From positions 96,038,001-96,102,000 of the forward strand of contig OX597816.1 in NCBI GenBank assembly GCA_951406725.2: a stretch of 64,000 bases of DNA. The letters are read 5' to 3'. Position numbers and translations under genes: made by a program. Positions 54,230 to 64,000 of the stretch are shown piece after piece. A model generated the notes under the pieces. The model made no database searches and was not told the DNA's origin. It saw only the letters and a program-made list of their open reading frames with translations. Every line of letters begins with the position of its first letter. Within the stretch, counting starts at the first letter, position 1. The DNA is from Octopus vulgaris. Taxonomy: Eukaryota.

Positions 54230-55835
54230 AAGACTTAATTAAAAAATCAACTAATTAAAATACTCCCACATACAACATCTACACTCAACAAAAACGAAAA
54301 GGCTGGAGTTGGAAAAACTTCATCTGTAGACCAACATGAAAACCTCCTTTGAAAATCAAAGAGCTGCAGAGGAACAGTGGGTAATCAAAAAGATGAAACA
54401 GAACCTAAAAGTATTCTATTCATATGCAAATAAGCATAGGGCTGCTGTCTCACCCGTTGGTCCATTGATCGATGATAACGACATTCTCCAACATGACGCT
54501 AAAGAAATGGCAGAAGTACTGCAGAAAGAGTACTGCTCTGTCTTAAGTGAACCCACTGATATTGACGTAAGGGATGTGAACGAAGTCGATTCCGAACATA
54601 TAATCTCGGACATAACCTTCACTGTTTCAGACATCATAGCAGCAATAAATGAAATCAAATACTATTCTGCTGTAGGCCCTGGTAGTTTCCCCGCTAGTCT
54701 CCTGAAGGAATGAAGACACTAACTTGCAGTCCCTCTGAACAACCTCTAGAGAAATTCTTTATAGACTCAAGTTATATACCGAAACAGCTCCTATCCCAGT
54801 CTGTCATCCCGGTTTTCAAACAGGGAAACAGAACCCACACAGTCAAATATCACCCAATCTCACTTACCTCCCATATCATTAAAGTGTTTGAAAGGGTGGA
54901 GATATCAAGGATAACTGGCTTCCTGGAGATCCACAAACTCCTAAATTCAAACCAGCCTGGATTTCACTGCAGTAGGGACTGTCTAATACAGCTCTTACCC
55001 CATACCGATGATAACCTTAAAGCCTTGAGATCAGGTTCGAACTCTGATGTCATGTATCTCGACTTCAGTAAAGCGTTCGACAGAGTTGACCATAATATCC
55101 TACTGTCTAAATTGTCAAACGTTGGAATTCGTGGAAAACTTCAACACTGGATCGAGTATTTCCTGGAGAACTGAACATAACATGTTGTGATCGGTGGAAT
55201 CCCCGCAAGTCCAGCAAAAGTCACCAGTGGTGTCCCTCAGGAGACTGTCTTGGGCCCGCTCCTCTTTATAGTGTATATAAACGACCTTTCCAGCATCATA
55301 AAACACAGCAAATTGAAAATATTCGTTGATGACTCCAAGCTCCAGAAATTTATCAATGAAGAAGACCAAACTGAACTCCAGTCTGATCTACATTTTGTGA
55401 GTCAATGGGCAGACAAAAACAAAATGCGACTAATTGAGGCAAATTTGAGGTGAAGCATTTTGAAAGAAAGACTATGCTAAAACAGTTATATTCTCTTCTT
55501 TCAGGGGAACCGCTCACAACCTCTAATAACATCAGAGACCTAGGAATAATTGCTGATAATCTCAGCTGGAGTGGCCATATCAACAATAAGGTCGGTATAG
55601 CTCGTAGGATGAGCTGCTGGATCCTAAGAACTTTACGGTCTAGAGAACAAGGTGTCATTATTCCTCATTTCTCCTCCTTTGGACGGCCACACCTCGAATA
55701 CTGCTGTCCCCTGCAGTCTCCCCATATAAAACAAAACATCTCGAAAATTCAACCACCCAAGGGGTCAATCACTAAAAGAATTAAAGGCATGGCTGATCTC
55801 GATTATTGAAATCGCCTTAAAGCATTGAAACTCTC
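54230..55835 (+). mobile_element. Frameshifted CR1-group LINE ORF2 fragment (RT domain)
   Basis: NLKVFYSYA, SAVGPG, YHPISLTSHIIKVFER, YLDFSKAFDRVDH, SGVPQETVLGPLLFIVYIND, FVDDSK, RDLGI, RPHLEYC. Confidence 0.92.
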
Positions 55836-55842
55836 TTTCTCC

Positions 55843-55897
<55 letters not shown>

Positions 55898-56200
55898 GGT
55901 GTGTGTGTGTATATAAATATGCATATATATACATGTACACACACACATACATACACACACGCACAAACACACACACATATATATACACACACATATACAT
56001 GTGTGTACTCGTGGAGAAAGTTACGTAAATTATGATTAAAAGGAAATTTAAAACAAAAAATAACATCCCTAAAAGTGTGCATTCACCGAATTGTATTTAA
56101 GAAATCATCTGAAGTCTGACACGGACAAAGAAATAAGCTGTACAAGTGATATATCAATGTCAACGCTATCACCACCACTACCACCATCACCAACCCTTCC

Positions 56201-56237
<37 letters not shown>

Positions 56238-56718
56238 AACTACTACTACTAAATTTTTGCTTTCCATTTTTCTGGTATTGTCGTACTAAGTGACTAATTG
56301 ATTATATCTCGAGTTCTAATCAATATGATTAACACGAAACTTCCTTGATTGATTAAATCTTACATTTACCCAAATCCTTGATCGGTTTCTAGTGACAAAT
56401 ATGCAAAAACAAAAAAGAAAAGAATCTATGCTTAGCATATCCTTTTTTTTTGTCTTTTGTCTTTTATTTAAATCTATTTATTATTTTTTTTTTTAGAATG
56501 TGCAATTATAAAGACATTTTTCAAAGCTGTGAAGACTATTTACAAGATCGATTAATTAATAAACTGAAATCAAATATATGCACTCACAAATTTACGCACT
56601 CACACACACACACACTCATCAATATATTGTATATATGTGTATATACTATATATATGTATATATGTGTATATATGTATGTATATATATATATATTTATATA
56701 TATATGTATGCATGTATG

Positions 56719-56764
<46 letters not shown>

Positions 56765-56959
56765 GACACACAGACATACACAGACACACACACTCAAACA
56801 TATGCGGGTACACATAAAAGATTTCTTCTGTTTCACTGAAAATACGACTATATTCCACGTTTGATATTTTTTATTAAAGTTGCATTGTTTAACATATCGT
56901 CAAAAGTCCTTCTTTGGAAGAATACATTTTCGGGATCTGTCGATATTTCATCTATCTCC

Positions 56960-57865
<906 letters not shown>

Positions 57866-59009
57866 GGATTGATAGACATGCATATATACATACATATATA
57901 TATATTATAACTAAATTTAATTTGTAATATTTTCTTCTTCTAAATGAAGCTATAAATATTACTTATATTATCGCTAAAGAGTCTAGAATACTGTGAATTT
58001 AATCGTTTATTCTCCAATCCCTTTCACGTTACTGGATTAAATGAATATTTATTAATCCTACACACCGAAAAAGATTTTATAATATAATTAAAGGTTTCGT
58101 GATAAGTTATTGATTTGTAATTGAAGAGCCTTAGATGGGAATGAGGCAAAAAAAAAATAGAGTGATTTGAAGTGAGGCTGCAATAATGAAGGTTTAATCC
58201 GGACTGAGCAATTTTAAGCTAAAGGAAATTAAAATTAATTCTTTTGACTGAGAGCATGCGGTTCTGGGAGAAAGAAGAAAAATGACTCGAAAATACTTTG
58301 GTCACGTGATCAATATGACTTCCTCTCCTTTCTTTGAGCTTAAAAAAAAAAGCTTATATATTTATAGAAAAATACTATTAATTTCGGAATTTAATGCAAA
58401 TGAGATTATATGATGGTTATCCATTTCTCAGTTGCCATAAGCGACATTGCTGAAAAGAATTTATAGTTATTTTCTTTTACTTGATTTTCATGTGTCCCAA
58501 TCTTCTATAATTATACCTTTTAACGTATTTTCTTGAAGCATTCTTTTAACTTTACTTACACTATGTAGTCATCTTATTTCCTTAATTATTAATTCCCATT
58601 TCAGTATTTCAATCCGACATTATATCATCATAACGAGCCAATTAACATTGATTATATATTAGCATATCAGCAATTAATTAACCTTTTGGGATTAAAATTG
58701 AATCCTTCACCTCCACTCGCTATTTACCCTCGGCTTCACCATCGTTACAGAATCCATAATATCATATTTTCAACGATATTTGGTCATCATGCAATTTCAT
58801 AATAATCTTGTCGTTATGGGGCACTATTAATCTCTCCTTTTTTTTTCTCATAACCACTTGCATTTCTCTCCGCAAATGATGCAATAAAATTAACACACCC
58901 GCAGATAAAATTACTGATGCTCACAACCATAACGCCAATTCTATCACAAATCAACATACTGCACATCATTATCTCAAGCATATAACTTAATTAAAATTTA
59001 TAGTTGTTT

Positions 59010-59038
59010 CATCATCATTATTATTTTTGCTGCTGCTG

Positions 59039-59079
<41 letters not shown>

Positions 59080-59106
59080 GTTGCTGCTGTTACTGTTGTG
59101 CTGTTG

Positions 59107-59183
<77 letters not shown>
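59010..59183. repeat. (GCT)/(ACT)/(TTA) compound trinucleotide array
   Basis: Direct reading. Confidence 0.9.
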
Positions 59184-59499
59184 TAAGTAACCTTATTTTT
59201 ATTTTGTACTTTGATTACGCAGCCGAACGCATCCCTGCGTACCTTGTGTACGTACAGTATTTTATTTTTCTATTCTATTGAGATTACTCTCAGTAAGATG
59301 AGCACAGGGCTGAGTAGTGCTATTCTTCGCATGTTGCATATAAGTCCAATAATTTTTCCCTTATGTATGTGTCAGTATCTTCAATTGCCATTACTGGTTA
59401 TCCAGACTTTTATATCAAAATAGTTTTTCTATTTGAATAGTTTTTCTGTTTTACTTAGAGGCACGTTGTTACATATTAGACCAATCACCTTAGATCACT

Positions 59500-60450
59500 A
59501 GCTTCAGAATTAATAGCCATCGCTGGGACGAGGAATTCCGACACACGTGCCTTAATACCATTTTGGAGACTTTGAGATCTTCGCATCTTTAATTCAGTCT
59601 CATGTGGGTGGGGTCAGAGTGGCGATGTTGTTTTCAAAAACTTGTACTTTGAGATACTGTTGAATTCCTAGACCCGGGTGGCAGGCTGGCCGTTCTGGTC
59701 ATGATTTGAAATGAAGGTGGCTCTTTCAGTTTTTGTGTATGCTCCGACTACGACAGAGCGGCCAAATTTTTTCTGTCATCTAAAGATTCCCCATTATGTG
59801 CTCGGTACTGACTTTAGTGCCACTACTGCAAAAACGATACTGAGGGCGTTCCATTTGAACTGGGTCGCAAAAAGGTTGTCAACATATGCAGGACAACTCA
59901 GAAATCTAGATGATAGCCACCATCATAAAGGAATGTAGATTAAGTCGGATAAATCAGTGGGCTTGCAGCTCGGTAACTGGAGAATCAAATGCATGTCGCC
60001 AGACAGCGTCGTAGGTTGCTTGACGTATAGCCAGATTAAGTTGCTATAGGTCTAGAATAGGGTGATATTTCGAGTAGGGTGACCTGTCTTACTTTGAAGT
60101 GGGTTGTGAGTGAGCTGTCTCTGAAACTTCGAGCAGAGATGAGATGCATAGATAATTTCCGTTCGATACTATTGCCTAAGCCGTTTCTTTCCCGGCTTTT
60201 TACCTTGCCACAATGGAGGTTTGCTCGTCATGTTAAGAAGAGAGGCGTTCTATTTATTAGCTAGCTCGTCTGCTACCAGCACTCCTTGCGCAGAGAGCTT
60301 GGTATGACGAGGTTGATGATGCGTAGATATGAGTTAAGGCTGCGGCATCTATAAAGATTCATCGATGGTGAACAGATAAGTGCAACGTCTTCCAATAACC
60401 CATCACTTTGACAAAGTTAGAGCTCTGAGTCAAAAGAAGACAAAGGCTGG
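59500..60450 (+). mobile_element. Decayed L1/Tx1-type APE endonuclease region
   Basis: VFVYAPTTTERPNFF...VLGTDFSA resembles the (N/V)YAP...R..FF...GGDFN motifs. Confidence 0.5.
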
Positions 60451-61349
60451 ACACTAGAATATTGACAGGTGATGCCAGCCATCAACAATTTGTACGATTT
60501 GTAGACACCTGCCATCCACAAATCATTTACTGCTATCGGTGAAAGCTCTATAAAGGATAGGGGATGGGAAAGAGCGGCTGTATTCTTTGGGGAAAATCTG
60601 GGTATTAAATCACCTGTCCATTTCTATTTTAATCCCATGTAATTCCATCGTGGTTCCAAGCCTTATACTACGTACATTTATACATTCTGCATTTAGTACA
60701 ACTATATCTAGCGAAGAATAGGAAAGGAAAACGTCATTCATTTTGATGTTTGTGAACACTGAGAAAACTGTTTTTAACACAAAGTCTCTCTAATGCATTT
60801 TTAACTCACTTCTTCAGGAGAGGCTAAATGTTGAAAGGGTTTTTAGTTTTCAGTGCTTTTTGTAGGTTTCTGTGACCCATTGTTTAAGAAGATTGTCTGG
60901 TGTGGTTTGTAGAATTTCTTCAAAATACTCCCCAAGTGAAACCTGTTTTTGTTATTTACTACGTTCTCCGTCAAATTGCTGCCTGCTCAATCAACGACAT
61001 TTAAATTTAGGAAGGGCTTTCATGCTTGTGTGATCGGTTGTTGGTCTTCTTATTGCTTTTAGTTCTGCAGTTGGTTTTACTAGTTTTTTTCGTTCTTTCT
61101 TTTGTGATTGTTTTTATGATTATATTTGCGGCTTTTGTTTATATAGTTTTTTCTTGCTACTGCTGCTGCTGTAGTTGCCACATCTGCTGTTGTATTTGAA
61201 GAGTCAACATGTGATTCGTGGTACTGCATATGCGATACATTTTCCCCTCCACAAACAGCTAGGCTCCGTTTGATAATTCGATCAGATCAGAGATACTGTC
61301 AATTCTCCCTGTTTTGCTGGGACTAAGGAATTCTATGCTTATCTCCAAA

Positions 61350-61815
61350 CAAGTTTCTTTTTCTGTCTTTTGTATTACTAGAATGCTAATTTTATCTGCA
61401 TCAGACAACCGTTATCAGCAATCACTTGCTTATATGTGTCATTCGCCTTTTTCACCCGTCTCTTCAGAGACGGCTTCTTCTCCGGCCATTTCTGGGTGAG
61501 ACTGACCACCCTGCTTGTTACATCTCCGTAATTCTTTTCCATCTGGAGGTCCGGAACAAATATGACACCGAGCGTTTTAACCGCCACAGTTCTCAGCATT
61601 GGAAATTTTCCCAGGGGTAGACATCAACCAAGAGGTCACCGAGCAAGTCTGGCATATGAAGATCAAGCTCGAAGGGCAGACCATCCAATCTCGGAGACTT
61701 CTCCTTTTTCAGATAGTCATCATGTCCCGTAGGTCTTCAACTGTTATCGGCATTCCGCAGAACATCTCATCCCTGTCCGAAAGGTGAAGTGCGCCGTCGA
61801 GGTAGGAAGTAAGGA
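61350..61815 (-). mobile_element. Tx1/L1-type RT fragment
   Basis: KTLGVIFVPDLQMEKNYGDVTSRVVSLTQKW..K.SLK.R...AN, typical of the L1/Tx1 post-YADD region. Confidence 0.65.
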
Positions 61816-62268
61816 CCTTTGTGGTTTTCGTCAATGTTTACAATTTTGTTACAAATGTTTTCAAATTCGGTATATGGATTAAGTTTTGTATGATAATTAT
61901 GAAAGTGAAATTCATTTTTTCTATAAATCTATAATTAAAATGTTATTAGCCTTTAAAATTTGCAAAATAGGAGTATTTTAGCCAATCAAAAGTGAGTATA
62001 TTACACATAAACGTGGCGAAAATTTCTGAGTCCGTAGTAACCAAAGATGCTGCGCATGCACACAAGGAGGAGAAGGAGATACGAGAAAGATAATCTACTA
62101 TAATAATACTCTTGTGTTTTTCTCTGTCACAACATATGAATGGGAAAGGAAGGGATGATAGATGAATAAGGAAGGAAGGGGTGATGGCAAACTTTTAGTG
62201 GGAGCGTTTCAACTTTGTATGAGTGTATGTGTGTGTATGTAAAAGGGAGGTATGTGAATGTTTGTGTG

Positions 62269-62311
<43 letters not shown>

Positions 62312-62639
62312 AATGGAAGTGAGATGGTGAAATTCAACGCTGAAAAGAGAAATCAAACAGTGTTTCAACTCTGTGTGCTTAACATTGAAGAATTGATCAA
62401 GATCCAAACTCGCTGCCAGCATGTTGTTCTCTATACCTCTTCTAACTTCCTAACCGGTCCCCCTCCATTCTATATTCCTCAAGCACTTTTTGTTTATTAA
62501 ACGCTACCGACTCTACTCTAGTAGCCCTTTTCAGGGCCAGACATATGTCTTTTAATAGGATATACATTCAATACAGTTCAGATCCTTTAGCAGCCGTTAC
62601 TGCGAATGTATTGCAGTCGTTCTTGTTGTTGATGTTGTT

Positions 62640-63850
62640 ATTGCTATTCACGTTGGAAACATTGCTGCCATGTGTGTTACCGAGACTACGGAATTACAAC
62701 CGTGTTTCGTGGTCTGCTGCCACAACAGCTCCTTCATAGGATCCAGTTAGCTCAAGACATCATCAGGAGGAACCACGTCCGGTTTCGGCCCCTACTTCTC
62801 TACCGTTTTGACGTGGCGGGGCCCCTCTTTCGGAAGTGTCTTCAGCTCTGGTGTTGCGTGCATGTCTTCTTTCTTCTTCTTTCTTCTGTTCCCTGGCCTC
62901 TTCGATGTATCGTCAGCGAGAGTCCGCCGGTGACTGACTGACTTGTCAAATTTTCCCCTTTAAATACCTGCCGACACGCTCCAGTAGTCAGCCACAGCAA
63001 TTTGTCACGTGACACTGTCTCACCTTAACTGACTAGTGAAGGCGCGTAGTTTTAGCCCGTGCATTCTCTAAACGATCGTCACCTGTCAGTCAGCGAAGCT
63101 GATTCAGTGTCAGCTTGTCTCACCTAGTGATGTTATTTCCCGCTGGCATGTTATGACTTTCAAGCCATTTTCGGTTTTCCCGTTTCAGCTATATATATAG
63201 AAGCTGGCTTTTTCGACCGCCTCCTGTACTCTCCTTATTAGTTTTCGCAGCTCGGAGCTAGAAAAAGCAAATCTTCTTTTGAAAAGCGTTGTCATTTTCC
63301 TTTCAATGAAGCTTCTAACCCCCACTGCCAGGTGATAATATTCGACATTCCATCCCTGTTCTCTGCATTCTTCGATTAGCTTTTCGCACCTCTTCTCCTT
63401 TCGTTCCTCTGCATTACCGATGTTCTCTTCCCAAGGTACTGTCACTTCTAGTAAAATTCCTATTCTCCGGTCTCTGTTCCATAGGACTAAATCTGGTCTT
63501 TTTGTTGTTTTTATTAGTGGAAATATTACTTGTCTTTCCAAGTCCGTGGCCAACTCCCAGTATCCCTTCCATCTTTCGTCTATCTCGTATACTTTACTTG
63601 TAGGCCTGGTTTTATATCCTTTTCCCTCCTTGTGGAAGTATACTTTCCTGCGCTTTTCTAGTTTTGTTGTTATTTTTTCCTTCTATCATTTTTTGTTGTT
63701 GCAGTGGGAAAGGTGATGGAGTTTGGGAAGGCTGCGTGGTCGTATTGTTAACCTTGTTGGTTGATGTTTGTGGTATTGTCACTTTCATTAGGGCGGAAGT
63801 AAATTTTAGAGTTGGAATTAAATTCCGTGCTGTGTTATTGTTGTTGCTGC
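62640..63850 (-). mobile_element. HERO-like RLE non-LTR retrotransposon, 3' end and UTR
   Basis: ORF 63185-63553: RPDLVLWN....ILLEVTVPWEE....AEERK.K...L..EC.EQGW......VGVRSF; GC-rich 3' UTR ending near a (CAA)-like tract; upstream boundary approximate. Confidence 0.8.
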
Positions 63851-64000
63851 TGGTGCTGTGAATCGTCTAAGCAGTAGCACGATCCACTAGACTTTGAACT
63901 TGATGCGTGTTTGCCTCCCTTCCATTTGAGGGTTAAAGGCGGAGGACTCTGAAATGTATTGCAACCCACTATCAAAGCTACCTCTGACTTCTCTCTCCAT

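Noticed and set aside
63004-63013. GTCACGTGAC E-box/CLEAR palindrome (similar at ~58300)
   Set aside because: Inside a retroelement UTR with no associated gene start; expected by chance

Overview
AT-rich, repeat-dominated eukaryotic DNA. The SINE families, microsatellite load and LINE mix suggest a coleoid cephalopod, probably Octopus (inference from recalled repeat families, not a search). I can support no intact host protein-coding gene; most listed ORFs are microsatellite artefacts. The window holds: a near full-length but frameshifted R4/Dong-type RLE retrotransposon in a (TAA)n array plus a truncated sister copy; CR1-group LINE pieces; Tx1/L1 and HERO-like pieces; several decayed Penelope-like elements (PLEs); five Tc1/mariner relics; non-autonomous Helitrons; and two SINE families. 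The most striking signals are (i) a ~420-bp near-perfect fold-back palindrome carrying an apparently intact minimal type I hammerhead ribozyme on each arm, one of about 9 hammerhead-like motifs tied to PLE ends or (TA)n tracts, (ii) a covarying 3' stem-loop shared between a LINE and a SINE, and (iii) a microhomology deletion that removes the endonuclease active site of the Dong element.
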